Of a DNA stretch of 64,000 nucleotides, positions 12,816-26,330 are shown in pieces. The DNA comes from Hypanus sabinus. Lineage: Eukaryota. Under the pieces are notes generated by a model. It searched no databases and was not told the DNA's origin. It worked only from the letters and a program-made list of their open reading frames with translations. How positions within the stretch are numbered: position 1 is the first letter of the stretch; the number at the start of each line of letters is the position of its first letter. The position numbers and the translations under genes are program-made. Location: assembly GCF_030144855.1 (NCBI RefSeq), contig NC_082718.1, forward strand, positions 106,268,001-106,332,000, in the 5' to 3' direction.

Positions 12816-15739
12816 CCATCCAAACAGATAGGAACATCCTAAATTCTCAGTCCCTGATCAAACTTGTTTATGTTCTCCATGTATGCATTTCAAATTTGGT
12901 TAAATCTTTTTATCTGATTTTCCCCACCTTTAATTTCAGACGATCACGCCTCATCCATCTTTTCATCCCTATCTTCCATAAATCTCAATTGAATCAGATT
13001 CATTCTATCTAATTACATATAAAGATTTAAAATTTTCCCATTTCGTTTATTCATTCCACATTTTTAATTCAAGCTCTAAACATGTCAGTTGAAAAATACT
13101 AACACGGATATTAACATTTATGTTTTGTGTTTTAAATTAAAGACTTGTGCTGATTTATATTTTATTAGCATAACTTCAAAATATCTTAAGCGCTGCAAAA
13201 TCTATCCAGTTTTCACTTGAATTGAGTTTTGAAATTAGAATGAGCCTGGGGTTTCTTCCCATTGGAGTGGACAGTGATTTGCTTCTAGAGTATGCAGTGA
13301 AGAAAGCTCTTTACCTGGATGGGAGAATTAGCATCTAACCACTTCTCCTTTACTCTTTCCCTCAATAGTTTCAGAATCATTCCTGAAGTCTTCAACAACC
13401 TTCGAAACTAGTTTGTGATCCTTATGGTCTTTCCTGCAGAGACAATCTTGATTATTCTCAAAAAATCTGAACTGACGGTGTAGGGTAGGCAGACACCAAG
13501 TTAAAAATAAGCCTGGTGGGTCCTGCCCAGATGGTTTTGGTCATTGTAGCGCTCATTCAAATTGATTTCTTAACTTTCGAGATAGCACTGATTCAGATGT
13601 GTGCTGGGCAATAAATATTCTTGTTGACCCTTTGGGGAACTTTGTCTTAGCTTAATGTAGACCTCAGTTCTGTTCTGCTGGATGCTAAAATCTGCAAAGT
13701 GAAATGTGAACTGCCGTTGTGACCAAATCGTAACTAAAACCTTGCAATTAAGTGGCTTTTCTGATAACTCCCAAACTTGTAAGGTGCTTCATGTGTAGTT
13801 GTGCATACGTGCAGTACATATTATATGATATGTAATCACAGAAGTAGTAATAATGAGACTTGCTAGTTATTTTTCTAGGGAGGTGAATAGCTATGGAATT
13901 GAAGGTCTGCCTTACTCTTCAAATGTCCTTGATTCATCTGAATGTTTGAACATGTAAATTACACCTGTTTCTTATAAATTTGAGGATACAAAATTTCCCA
14001 AGAACTGTTGTAGATTATTATCTTTGTGCATGATATAAACTTCTGCAGTGGAGCTTCTAACTCAGGTAAGGGTGTTGGTTTTGAGTTGTTCAGAGCTGGT
14101 GTAATTCCCTGCCTTTTCAACTGGCTGTGTTTTCAGATTTCATAAAATCTAAAGCAGAGTTAGAACATCTGTCTTAAGAGTTTGCAGCACAAAAGAAGTT
14201 CAGTATTGAATCCATTTTTCAAATTGTCCAAATTTGCATTTGTTTAGTTTGCTCTATTAAGTAAATCTATTATCACATGTATCACCATATACAACCCTGA
14301 GACTTATATTTCTTGTGGGCATACTCAATAAATCCATAGAACAATAACAGAATCAATGAAAGACTGCACCAACTTGGACATTCAACCAGTGTGCAAAAGA
14401 CAACGGACTATGCAAATACGAAATGAAAGAAATAATATTATCTGTACTTTTTCATAACTTTTTGAACTTCTTCCAGGTCTCTTCTGACTCTTTGGAGAAA
14501 CAACCCAAGTTTGTTAAACCTCTTCTTACAGCTCATACCCTCTAATCCAGGCAACCTGAATCCTTTCCCAAGCCTCCATATTCTCCTTTACTGAGGTGAC
14601 CAGAGTTTCACACTGTACTTCAAGTGTGACCAAACTATTTTTAAAACTGCAAAATGACTTCCTGAACCACATACTCAGTGCCCTGACCAATAAAGGACAC
14701 ATACCATATACCTCCTTTATTACCCAGTCTACTTGCTTGGCATTTTCAGTTAACTGTGGAGTTGTGCAGAGGAATCTTGGGGTCCATAAATGTTATTAAG
14801 AGTCTTGCCATCAACTGTGTACTTTCCTCTTAAATTTGACTTCTCAAAGTAACGAAAGTAAAGAAAGAAAAATGGAGGGCTTGTGTGGATTGGAGGTTTA
14901 GATCGATCTTGGGAGTCGGTTAAAAGTTTGGCACATCATGGGGCAATGAGCCTGTATTGTGCTGTAATGCTCTACATGCAAATTGGATGGGGCTGAAATG
15001 ATTCAAGAATTGAATTTGTGGCTCAAATATATGTTTGGTAGAAATGTGTTTTTAATGCTTACAAGCATCAGTACAAGACTTCATTTGCTGTATAGTTGTG
15101 AAAGGAATTGAATATTGAATGATCATCAACTAAGTTGCTGCTCTTAATCTTTTGATAAAAGGATACCATTGTTTTCTAGGCCCAGCAGTTGGGCCTCGGG
15201 ACACTGGTGTTAAGGTGGTAGCCAGATGACTGACGTCCAATCACCATCATCCTTTTTGTGAGGTATGGCATACTCTCCCTTTGCTTATTGATCTGTTTTA
15301 CTTGGATACCTTGACGTCATAATTGATCAAATGCCGCCTTGATGTCAAGAATAATCACTGTGGAATTCAGATCTGGCATCCATGCTTGGTGCAAGAGTGA
15401 CAATTGTGGACCAATCTTCATATTGTGGTGTGGAACCCAGTATTGTAAATAACTGAAATTATTTGGCTAGAAGTGTAACTGGTACTGGAATGCAAATCTT
15501 TGGTATTGCAGCTGTGGGATGTTGCCTGGTTCCTTAGTGTGTCACAGCCAGTCATCCTGCCATTTGGAGTTAATTTGTGGATTTAATCATGTTGGTGAGA
15601 GATTGGCTTTGTGATGATGAGAAAGCCATCTATTTGGCACTTCTGAATGAACATGGCATTGAATGATTTAGCTTTGTCTTTATCGCTCAGGTGCTGGGCC
15701 TCATCATTGCTGAATGACAGAATATTCTTCAAGTCACTT

Positions 15740-16720
15740 CTTACACCCATGACTGTGTGGCTAAGTACAGCTCCAACACCTCACTGAAGTTTGCTGATGA
15801 CTCCACTGTGGGCTTTTATCAAAAGATGAATCTGCACACAGGAGGGAGATTGAAAATTCGGCTGAGTGGTGTCATGACAACAATATCCCACTGAATGTCA
15901 GCAAGACCAGAAAACTGATTGTAGACTTCGGGGGAGAGAAACCAGTGCTCTGTGAGCCAGTCCTCAGCAGTGGTGGAGAGGTTCCGTAACTTTAAATTCC
16001 TGGATGTCACTAACTCAGAAGACCTGTCCTGACCCATCATATAAATGTAATTGCAAAGAAAGCATGACAGTACTTCTACTTCCTTCAGAGATTGTGGCGA
16101 TTCGGCATGACAACAAAAACCTTGACAAACTTCTATAGCTGTGTAGTGAAAAGTGTATTGACCGGCTACATTACAGCCTGTATGGGAACACCAATGCCTT
16201 TTGAGCAGAACATCCTACCAAAGGTATTGGATTTGGTCCAGTATATCACGAGTAAAGCCTTCCCAAACATTGAGCGCATCTAGATGAAATTCTGTTGTAG
16301 CGAAGCAGCATCCATCATCGAAGGTCCTCTCCACCCAGGCCATGCTCTTTCCTCGCTGCTGCCATCAGGTAGAAGGTGCAAGTGCCTCAGGTCTCACACC
16401 ACCCGGTTCAAGAACAGTTACTATTTCTCAAACATCCAGCTCTTGAACAAAAGGGGATAACTACACTCAATCCATTGAGATGTTCCCACAACCAGTGATC
16501 TCACTATAAGAATTTTTTAATCTTTTTTCATGCTCTATTGCTACTTATTTGTATTTGCATTTGCACATTGTTGTCTTCTGTCCCCTTGCTCTTTCATTGA
16601 TTTTGTTTATAGTTACTATTCTATAGATTTGCTGAGTATGCCCACAGGAAAAAAGAATCACAAGAGTTGTATGTGGTGACATATATGTACTCTGCTAATA
16701 AGTTTTACTTTGAATTTGAT
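15740..16720 (+). mobile_element. L2/Rex-like LINE 3' fragment
   Basis: KFADDST, LNVSKT.KLIVDF, FKFL, KKA..YFL, LTNFY.C..E/KS.LTG and LLPSGRR. Confidence 0.8.
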
Positions 16721-18225
16721 TTCCCTACCACCAATAATTAAGGTGTCACACAAAGTCATCAAAATTTGGAGCATGTGGGATTGGGAGTAATTATCTGACG
16801 TGGAATGAGGATTGGTTGAGAGATAAAACAATGAAAAAGATAGGCCTAGTGGGGTGGCATAATTATCTGTAATATTTGAGCTTTTCCCAAACTAGCTCAA
16901 TGATTTGGATGGGAAAATCAAGTGTAATGCATTTTCTTTTCCCGATGATATAGCTGGCAGTATGGGTTTTGAAGAAAATGCAGATGGCGATTATAAGTGA
17001 ATGAGGACATGGCAGTGATTATAAGTGAATGAGGACATCAAGTGAATGAGGACATGGCAGATGGAATCTAATATTGGAAAATGTGAAGTCATATTAAGGT
17101 TCCTTACAGAGGCTGAAGAATCTTTGGAGTTTTGTTTCTAAAAAGGTTGTGGAAGCTTACACTCTAAAAGGATTCAAAGTTTTTGGATATTACAGGATAT
17201 GGGGTTGGCAGTGGTATTGTTGAATGGCTGATAGGCGGAGGAGACCAAATGACTCAGTCTTATTTCCTCCTACATTCCAGAGAGGTATGGGCTAGTGCTA
17301 TATCTCTAAATCAAATTATTGGAAGAAAAATCAATGAAAATATTAATTCAATTCTATTGGTATGTTCTGCAACTGCTTTTATAAATGGTTTTAAAAACTA
17401 AAACGTTTAAGCCTTAATTGTATAAAGTTGTGCAAAATTTCCAGCAATAGCTGCTGGAAAATTATGATCTGCATCTTAAGTTTGGCTGGGCAATGATGCC
17501 CCCTCATGGATATTTAGTTGGTGACATCCTCCCTCATGGAATTAGCATACAGATCATGACTGCTTCTGTGAGGTACAAGGTGCATACTGCTTTCAATAGA
17601 TAGTACAGACAACAAGTCAACATTCAGGACCAAAGGACTGCATTGAGGTTGATTAGAAATTCTGGTTGGCTGAAAAAGTGTTAAATACAAGTTATCCTGC
17701 TATTTATTTGGTAGATTGTGAACCATAAAAATTATTTTTCATCAGTTAGTAGATTGCTATGTTAAAATGATCGTTATGATGGTTGTTGTCATGGAACAGG
17801 CTAGGCTGTGTACTCGTTAAATCTTCATCTGGGGTTTTTGCTGAAATGTTGATCAGTGAACTGTTAGCATGAACTGGCAATCCAAACCTGACTAAAATGT
17901 AGAAATGGCAAATTGGCCAGTATTCAAAAAGAGAAGACAAATTCAAAACTGAATATTAACTTGTATTTTTTCTTCAGATGCTGTATAACCTTCCATGCAC
18001 TTTAGAACATATTTTCAATTTGATATGTTAATAATTTGTTTACATCTTTAAAGAGTGCATTAGCTTAACAGGTGAGGTGTATCTAAGTTAGTCTGGTGAC
18101 ATTAATTTATTCAGGTCTTGTTGAGGACAAAGCAGATTGTAAACTATGATTATACTGTGCCAAGTGACTTTTCCGCCCAAGCTTATTTAGATCCATTTGT
18201 AAGACTGCCTTGAACAACAAATATT

Positions 18226-18462
18226 GGGGATGGCACAGTAGTGTAGTGGTAAGTGTAATGTTCATAGTGCCAGCGACCTGCGTTCAGTTCATGCCCTGTT
18301 TGTAAGGATTTTGCTTGGGATTCCTTCTGGTGCTCTGTTTTCCTCTCGTGTTCCAAAGGTATATAGGTTAGTAGGTTAATTGGTCACATGGGTGTAATTT
18401 GGGGGGCACAGGCTTGTAGGGCTGGAAGGGCCTGTTACTGGTCTGTATCAAAATAAATAAAA
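18226..18462 (+). mobile_element. tRNA-derived SINE (V-SINE/HE1-like)
   Basis: GGCACAGTAGTGTAGTGG A-box-like and GTTCAGTTC B-box-like head; central GGT..TCTGGTGCTCTG.TTTCCTC; GAAGGGCCTGTTACTG..CTGTATC 3' end; (TAAA)n tail. Confidence 0.75.
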
Positions 18463-19182
18463 TTAAAGTATATAATGAAGATGTATTTGTTCACCTTAAT
18501 TATATATGGGAAAGTTGTGATTCTCAGCTGTAATAATAAATCAAGATTTATTGGCTTTTACTTCCCAACTCCTTAATGTATTCTCAATTGTCCATTCAGC
18601 AACATGCCTACCCCTGTAACTTTACTAGCAGTGCCTTGCTTTGTTTTTAATGCAGTTCAAAATAATTTGCCTGGACACAGTCTGAAAGTCAGATTCATAA
18701 TCATACATTTCAGCTGTTAAATTGGATATAATATGAAAAGTATTATGGTGCTTTTTTAGTCCTTGTATAACCTCCATATTGTTTATCTGGTGTAGTTCTA
18801 TTACTTTGGAAAGTCATCTGTGTACTGTTTCTGCGTGCTGGAATGATTGTCTTAAGTTCTCAAACACAGAAGAAGCTCCTCCCATCACAGGCCTAATTAT
18901 TTGATAAATTTACAAATTCTCTCATGATTGAGCTACAACTTAGGTTTAGTGTTCATTTGCTTGTTTACTTTTTGCAGCCTGTGGAACAGCACAGCCAACA
19001 GGACCATCCATAAGCATCTCAGCTGGGCGGCCTATGAAACATCTGAAATAAATAAACCAATTATAGAACTCCTGTTGATGTCACCAATGGCTGGATCTTT
19101 CGTTGCATTGCACATAAGGAAGAAATTACCAAATAGATGGAAAACTGTGGCTTAACTTCTTCCTCCCCCCTTGCATTGGCAG

Positions 19183-19346
19183 AGATGCACAAGACGCAGT
19201 CTATGGAAGAAATGGGTATGATTATGGAGTCTATCGCTTACGCGTGGAGTTCCAGAGAGGCCGAGGAATTGGCGGAATCGGCGGTGGATCTAGAGGAAGA
19301 CCAGGACCACCAGCCCGCAGATCAGATTTCAGGGTCATTGTCTCCG
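19183..19346 (+). CDS. SRSF9: SRSF9 coding exon 2 (RRM1 end, Gly/Arg linker)
   Basis: Acceptor ttggcag; [28 protein letters not shown]...[13 protein letters not shown]; donor G|GTGCGT; 164 nt, phase 2 to 1. Confidence 0.95.
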
Positions 19347-21199
19347 GTGCGTTTTTGTTTTCCATTTCATGTTTAAGAGCCAATGTTTTTCTTCTAAAGA
19401 GCTGAGTAGAATTGGAAAACCGATTAGTGTAGAGTGTCCTTTTAAAGCTGGAATTTCCGTATGCTGACCAACAACCTTAGCAAACTTTTTTTCTTTTCAC
19501 TCTAGTATGTTTTGTATGATTTTTATGAACTGGGAGGCTTGGAATGGGCTGCTTGTTGATAAACCATCAATGAAAATATCAACATCTGTTAATCCAGCAA
19601 ATTAACTGGAACGCCCATTTAGTCTTTATATTGGACTGCACGGAACCCTGTGTGCACCAGGAATTAAGTTTGGACACAAAGATTTGGACACAGCTGGTAT
19701 CGAGCAACTTCATATGTTTGTGGATGAAGATCATTGGCACAAGAGGCTTCCTGTGGAGATTTATACATTCTTATTCTGCTACAGAACTACAAACACACAG
19801 GGTAGCGAGTGCATTATTTCTGCCATCCTTTGGAATCGTCAGTGCACTGCCACGGTAATTCTAGTTTAAAAATCATGCATGAAAATTATTCATTAAAAAA
19901 AAGAATAGAAAGTCTTTTAAAAATCTCTCTTGCCAGTTGTTTCCTCCACCCTCTAGACATTGATTACTTGCAAGACTGTGATACCACAGGAATCTTAAGT
20001 ATCTTTTTTTTAAAAAAAAGCCTTTCAATTTGAGATGAGCCCGGCCAGCAACCTGTTTTACCCTCTGAAGGCCATAGTGACAAAGTCCTCATCCATTGTC
20101 CCCTTCCAGCATTTTAATGAATATCTCTCGAGTGGGAAATCCTGATAATTTTCTCTCCTCTAGTCCAAGGGTTCTGAAATCAATTGTATCAGCACTTGTT
20201 ATATTTTGATATGATTCATTTCAAGGTACCACTGATTCCTTGATGTAAAAACAAAATGTTTTATATTGTGTCAATCAACACATAGGGGAAAAGACGATCT
20301 TTTTTTCAACTTTGTGCTGTCCAGTCCCTTTTGGGTTGCTGTTTTTGCCCCTAAATTTAATTCTGATGACTGATTAACCTTGGACAGATGCTTCAATCTT
20401 AATGAAGAGAAGAAGAATGTGAGGTCCATTTGTTTCAATAACACTGAAGAAAATGTTACAATAAAGGACATTCCTTCTGGATTGATACTTCAGAGATGTT
20501 GCTTAATTATGCTGGACATTGATAAGTTTTTCCACGTTGATTTGCTATTTTAATGGTCTGTAGCCGTTACTCTCAAAGCTGAACAAATTGTATACTTGGG
20601 TCTGTCTCACTTGTGGAACGAGCTGACATGTTAAAAATGAAACATCTGGAAATGAATTATAAGTTCTGGGGAAGGGAAACTGAGAACAGCTGAAACCACA
20701 TCTGGCATCTTCACTACCCTGGAACTTCAGGCACTTGGAAAGCGATTAATACAATATGAAAAGATCACAGGACTTGGCCTGTATATTTCAAATATACTTT
20801 CTTTGGGTGAAAATGAACCCACGTGAACCCTTTTCTTAACCAGCATTTAAAATGCGGTTAGATTTGTTGCTTGAGTATTCACTCCTAATGTGACTGGAGA
20901 ATAAATTCTGCAAATTAATGTTAGTATAGGAGATGCTATATAGGAGATAGTCCTATATAGGAGTTATGCTAGTATAGGAGATAGTCAAGTACCACAACAT
21001 ATAGGAAAGACTAAATATCCTCTTTATTGTGTATTTTTCCTGTTAACTTTGGAAAAGTCGTGATTACGTAAACGCTCACTTCCCTTTAGTTATTTCTTCA
21101 TTTTTATAGTATTCTGAATTAAAAATCATTAGGGCTTGCACATTCAGTACATCCCAATTCATTTATCAGAATTTAATACTTCCATCTTTTTCTGTGTAG

Positions 21200-21372
21200 G
21201 GCTACCACCCTCTGGCAGTTGGCAGGATTTGAAGGATCACATGCGAGAAGCTGGTGATGTTTGCTATGCAGATGTTTTGGGAGAAGGTGCTGGAGTGGTG
21301 GAATTCCTCCGTAAAGAAGATGTGGATTATGCAGTAAGGAAGCTTGACGATACAAAGTTCCGTTCTCATCAG
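21200..21372 (+). CDS. SRSF9: SRSF9 coding exon 3 (pseudo-RRM2)
   Basis: [26 protein letters not shown] contains the SWQDLKD signature; 173 nt; tgtag acceptor and CAG|GTTAGT donor. Confidence 0.96.
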
Positions 21373-22291
21373 GTTAGTTGGTTTGTATTAATTCCGGGTG
21401 TGCTTTTAAAAAATTTACAAGATATGGGTATTAGTGATGCTGTTCACTGCCAGTCCTGTTGCTGAGTCCTATTTTGATCAGATTTGATCCATGATGTTCA
21501 TTGGTTTACATAATGTGGGTTATGTGAATTCACAAATGACTGCCTCAGAATTTGGGATACAGAATAACATTTGCTCTCATGGAATTTAGCTGAGGTCACT
21601 CTCAAAATTGTTTAGAGCCCAAGTGTGCACGATGGCTACAATTTAAAAGTGGTGACTCTCTCGGTCTAATTTGATTAGTATTTATTTTGGATGAGACACT
21701 GTAACAATACCTGTAACACTAAACTGGCTCAAGAACAGAGGTAAGAATAGACCATTCTTGCTGCACTATTCACTAAGGTCTTGACTTATTTTAAAATTTG
21801 ATCTCATGTTGCTGCACTATCTCCCACCTCTGGATTCTCACTATATTAATATTCCACGACCCACTTGGTCAGAGTATTCCTAAGATTTGTCGCTGTCTGA
21901 GTGCCAACCCCCGAGTTTGAGTCTGTGACCCCAGGTTCTATGTTTCATTCATTATTATTACATCATTCATTCCTGTACCCTGTCAAGTCTTGTGAGAATT
22001 TTCTATGTTTCAATAAGATGGCTTCTTGTTCTTCTCTAATCCCTATAAAGTATTCTTTTTAATCTCTTATAGAGCAAAGGACCCATCCAGGAATCAATCT
22101 GGCGAATGACACTCATTCTGTCTTGTATATTTTTGTACCGACAGAGAACAGATCCTATACATAATATTCCAAGTATGGTCTCACTCGGGTCCAAATAATT
22201 GGAGTGGTATAACAAGACACTCTCTTGCATTAAAGGCTGACATTCCAAATTGTTTGTGGTACCTAAAATGTTACTTTCAGTGATTCATATA

Positions 22292-23251
22292 CAGTGCCTT
22301 GGAAAAAATTCAGCCCCCACTATTTTCACATTCTACTGTCTCAATTTCTAAATTTAAAATGTATTAAAGTAGAATTTTTTGAGCTAGTCTACAAAACAAA
22401 TTTCAAAACCTGTCAACAATTTAGTAAAAATTGAAAGTCTAAATTTGAGGCTGAAAAAGTACTCTTCCACTTTGTAATCACCAACTCACCCCAATTCCTT
22501 GATGTAGAAAATTGGAGGATCAGGTGTTTTCAATGAATATGTATATCAGATGAGACCAAAGTGGAACTTATTGGCCTCAACACTAAGCAGTATGTGGGGT
22601 GTAAATCTAACACTGCACAAAAGCCAGGTAACACCATCCCCATTGTTAAGTATGGTGGAGGTAGTATCATGCTATGGGGATGCTTTTCAGCAGCAGGGAG
22701 GTCAAATGCTGTTAAATACTGAGAGATCCTGGATAAAAACGTGCTAGCCTCATGTCAGAATACTTAAACTTTGGAGGAAGTTTGTCTTTCAGCAGGCCAA
22801 TGACCCAAAGCACATTTCCAGAGCAACCATGGAGTTGCTATTGAGTGGCTCATTCAGAGTCTTCTCCTTAACCTGATCGAACATCTCTGACAAGACCTCA
22901 AGATTGCTGTCCATCGCCACTCCTCAACTAACTGGCACAGCTTGAGCCATTTTGCAAGGAGGAATGGGAAAATTTTGTTCCATTACATTGTGCAAAGCCA
23001 ATGGACCGATCAAAAAGACTACTGGTTATAATAGCTGCGAGAGGTGATTAATGCTTTTAAACTGACATTTCAGATTTTGAATTTTTAGTTTTACATGCTT
23101 TACAATGTTCCCTGATTTTTGGGCTGTACTACTGTTTTTTTAAAAAGCACGTGATTTGCAAATAAAAATTTTCAGTTAAATTGATCAAAATCCCTGGTTG
23201 TAATACTCATTGAACAAAGGATTATGAGCTGAATACTTCTTCAAGGCTCTG
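22292..23251 (+). mobile_element. Tc1-family transposon, internally deleted, in SRSF9 intron 3
   Basis: TA|CAGTGCCTTG...CAAGGCTCTG|TA termini; decayed transposase [22 protein letters not shown] and FQQANDPKH; nested in a CR1 fragment. Confidence 0.9.
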
Positions 23252-25106
23252 TATAAGAACACTCAGGCCTATGAATATTAGCGTCTTTTAAACACCATTT
23301 GAAGGAAATATATACTAACAAACTCTTCTCAGGTTTCTTTTATTCTAGCAAAGTGGATAACTTTATTTTCTACACTTGTATTCTATCTGTCAAGTCCATG
23401 CTCATACATTTGGTACGTCTATATTCTCTACAACTCCCTCAGAACCATCCAAACTTTGTATCTTCAGTAAAGGTGGGTGGGTTGTATTACACTGATCCAA
23501 ATGAACAGCTAAATCCTCAGCACAGATCTCAGCTTTGTCCCATTAATCACTGCTTCACAACTAGAAAATAGCCCATTTATTCATGCTATTTTCTTTCAGC
23601 TAACCATCAATCTACAACATCAAGTTTGAATTTTTAATCTTTTATGCAAAACCTTATCAAAAATATACTGAATGTATCTACTAAATGTTTATAAATAATA
23701 CATTATGGCTTTCACTTATCTACTCCAGTAGTTTCGTCTTCAGAATCTCTCTCAGATTTGTTAAACATAATTATCCTTTTATAACTCCATGTTGACTGTC
23801 CAGTCCTGATATTATTTTCTTAATACTGCTCAATAAATTCTAGCATTTCCCAATACTGATGTCTGGACTATTGGTCGATAGTTCCACATGTTCATTCTGT
23901 CTCTGGTCTCTCTCTGTGTCCGTTCTTAAACGTTGGGGTTACATTTGTTGCCTTCTAACCTATGGAGCTTTGAAAGACAGCAACATTTGAAACCCTAAAA
24001 ACACCCAACAGTTTCATCAATACTAATTTTGGTGACAATTCCATTCACTTTAGACCTGTAGTTTCCACTATGTCAAGCAGGTTTTCAATTCATCCACGAA
24101 GGCAAATCCAAAATAGTTGTTTTCTGATTTTTCCCTGTATAGTTTCTCGAGTCTGTAAATACCTATGTTAACTTTAACTAAACTGTGCCTCATCTTTTCA
24201 AATCAATCATCGGGACTAGGCACGTGCTTTGGTTTGGCTCGGCTCGGTCTTAATGGTTTTAGACTTGGAAAGCCTGTAAAATATCGAGATCTTTCATTGT
24301 TAATTTATATAGAATATGTTATGTATTTTCTTCCCAAAATTGTTCCCTTTTCTGTAATTCCTATTGTATATTTTGTGTATGGATTATGGCCAGAATCACC
24401 TATGCTTACATGACAGCAGCATCTTTTTCTTATTGTTCTTTCAAATATTGCAAAAAAAAACCCCAATTGATTAAAAAGCAGAGGTAGGGAAAACATGCAG
24501 TCTAATTGTAACTCTGCTGCCACTCCAGCAGATGCACTTTGGTCTGTTTGCCAGTTAACACATTGGGATTATGAGCTAAACAATTTGGGACCTTGTAGAG
24601 TTTATTTTTACTAAGTGATAGGAATGTATTTCCTTCAGATATTAAATATTTATATAAAGTACTCCCAGGTTAGGTACATAGCAGCTAGAAGCAAATTAAG
24701 AACTACTCTGTTAATAACAAGCCTTGATATTAAACTCTCAAAAATCCTAATGGATACAGCAAGGAGAAACCATCCAACTTCCATCATCAGCCACTCTGTG
24801 CCCTTTTTGAGATTCTGTTGTATTGCTGAAGTGGGGGCAGTTTGTAAAATAGCATATATTTAGTAGGAACCCAAGCTGTTTACCTAACCCTTTTGGTCAG
24901 TAGACAGAACGTTATCCTCTTAAATATCAGTTGGAATTCCAAGAAAGGTCCTAGAGATGTTTGGTTGATAAATTACCGGGAGTACCTTTGGTAAATTCCT
25001 CCTGCCTAGTGTACTGTATTATTGAAGCACGAGATCTGAATGTTGCAGTCCAATCTTTCCCAACAAGTTTGGCTTCTGCTACTAATCATCTTCAATTCTC
25101 TTCCAG

Positions 25107-25238
25107 GGAGAAACTGCTTATATTCGAGTTCGCGCTGACAAACCCAGAAGTTCTAGTTATGGGAGATCAAGATCAAGGTCCCTTTCTAGAGGTCGTTATT
25201 CTCCCTATCAAAGCAGAAGCTCCCCCCAATATAGATGA
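25107..25238 (+). CDS. SRSF9: SRSF9 coding exon 4 (short RS domain, stop)
   Basis: ttccag acceptor; [43 protein letters not shown]; short RS tail with SPYQSR and adjacency to GATC favour SRSF9 over SRSF1; total CDS 660 nt. Confidence 0.93.
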   Translation, partial: GETAYIRVRADKPRSSSYGRSRSRSLSRGRYSPYQSRSSPQYR

Positions 25239-25325
25239 GGACTTGGTAGTCAATTTTTTTTAAATCTACATTCCATCACTGGTGGTTAGTTTTTCCTTCA
25301 GTTCTATATTTCATGCAATGCTTTG

Positions 25326-25414
25326 AATAAACTTGTTTTTTCCTTTTTATTATTGACTGTGTTGATCTTTACTGGCTTCAGCTAACTTATACACTTCCCT
25401 TTTTATTAAATAAA
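25326..25414 (+). terminator. Candidate SRSF9 poly(A) signals
   Basis: AATAAA at 25326-25331 (followed by a U/GU-rich tract) and 25409-25414. Confidence 0.55.
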
Positions 25415-26283
25415 AAATAGCAGGGAACTGGTATGCTTATTTCTGAGCCTGTTGTCCTCAAATACAGTTGTTCTGATATATCAAACCCAAATGTACTGAA
25501 AATAATAACTTTGTTTATGTTGAAAGTGAATGTTAAAAAGGAAGACGTTGCCCATATTCAGGTTATAGAGGATATTGCTGTTGATACAGATGTTTGCCCG
25601 TTTAATATTAGACAGCACCTCTGGCCACTCGCTGCATCTTCTCAACATCATTACAGTGGCAGTAGTCCAGCAATGAGCAGTGCTGACTTCCAGATAAAAT
25701 TTTAAATTAATGAAGGGTACTCTGGTTGCTTAAGCCTGTTTGCAAGTTGGAAGTTCTGTGCAGTCCTGGATGGTGATTCTTCAAAAGATTCAAAATAGTT
25801 TATTTCCATTCTTTCATATTTAAGGGTGTAAAGGAGAATGAAATGATTGTTACTGCAGGTCTGATACAGCATTTGGGAAAAAAAAAAGCCACACCATCTT
25901 TCATTTTACTGAGGAACACCGTCTGGCCTTATTTAGATCTCAGAAATAAACGTGTAATTGCAGAGTGTTCTATCCATATTGTGTTAGTGTGCATCTAGAT
26001 CCTGCTCAAAGTTGTGATATTACAGCTTGCTTGATCAGTCAGGAATGCTATGAACGAGCTGTTTCTTTTCTGCATTTGTCTTAGTAAACTCTCCACGACA
26101 TAGCAAATTACATTTCCACAAGAGAAATATACTTAAATAAATTTCAAAAATGATGGCACTGTCCTTACTTTCAAATGAAAGTTTTGTTGTACTTCAGTCT
26201 TTAGTGGATTGCTGAAATGAAATGTTCGCTTTGAATTCAGTATCTCCCGTAAAGCAGCAAGTCCGTGTTTGCCATTTGGAATA

Positions 26284-26330
26284 TTAAAGACAGTCATCTC
26301 TCTCCTCTTTCCGTGGAAGTGGAATATTGC
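26284..26330 (-). CDS. GATC: GATC coding exon 5 (stop)
   Basis: ttttaatttcag|(G)NIPLPRKEERDDCL*; completes the conserved YFVAPPGNI motif; total CDS 525 nt. Confidence 0.9.

Noticed and set aside
16989-17061. Triplicated AAGTGAATGAGGACAT segment
   Set aside because: Local slippage duplication inside a decayed CR1 fragment
12089-25238. Calling the SR gene SRSF1
   Set aside because: Short RS domain with an SPYQSR ending and tail-to-tail position with GATC indicate SRSF9
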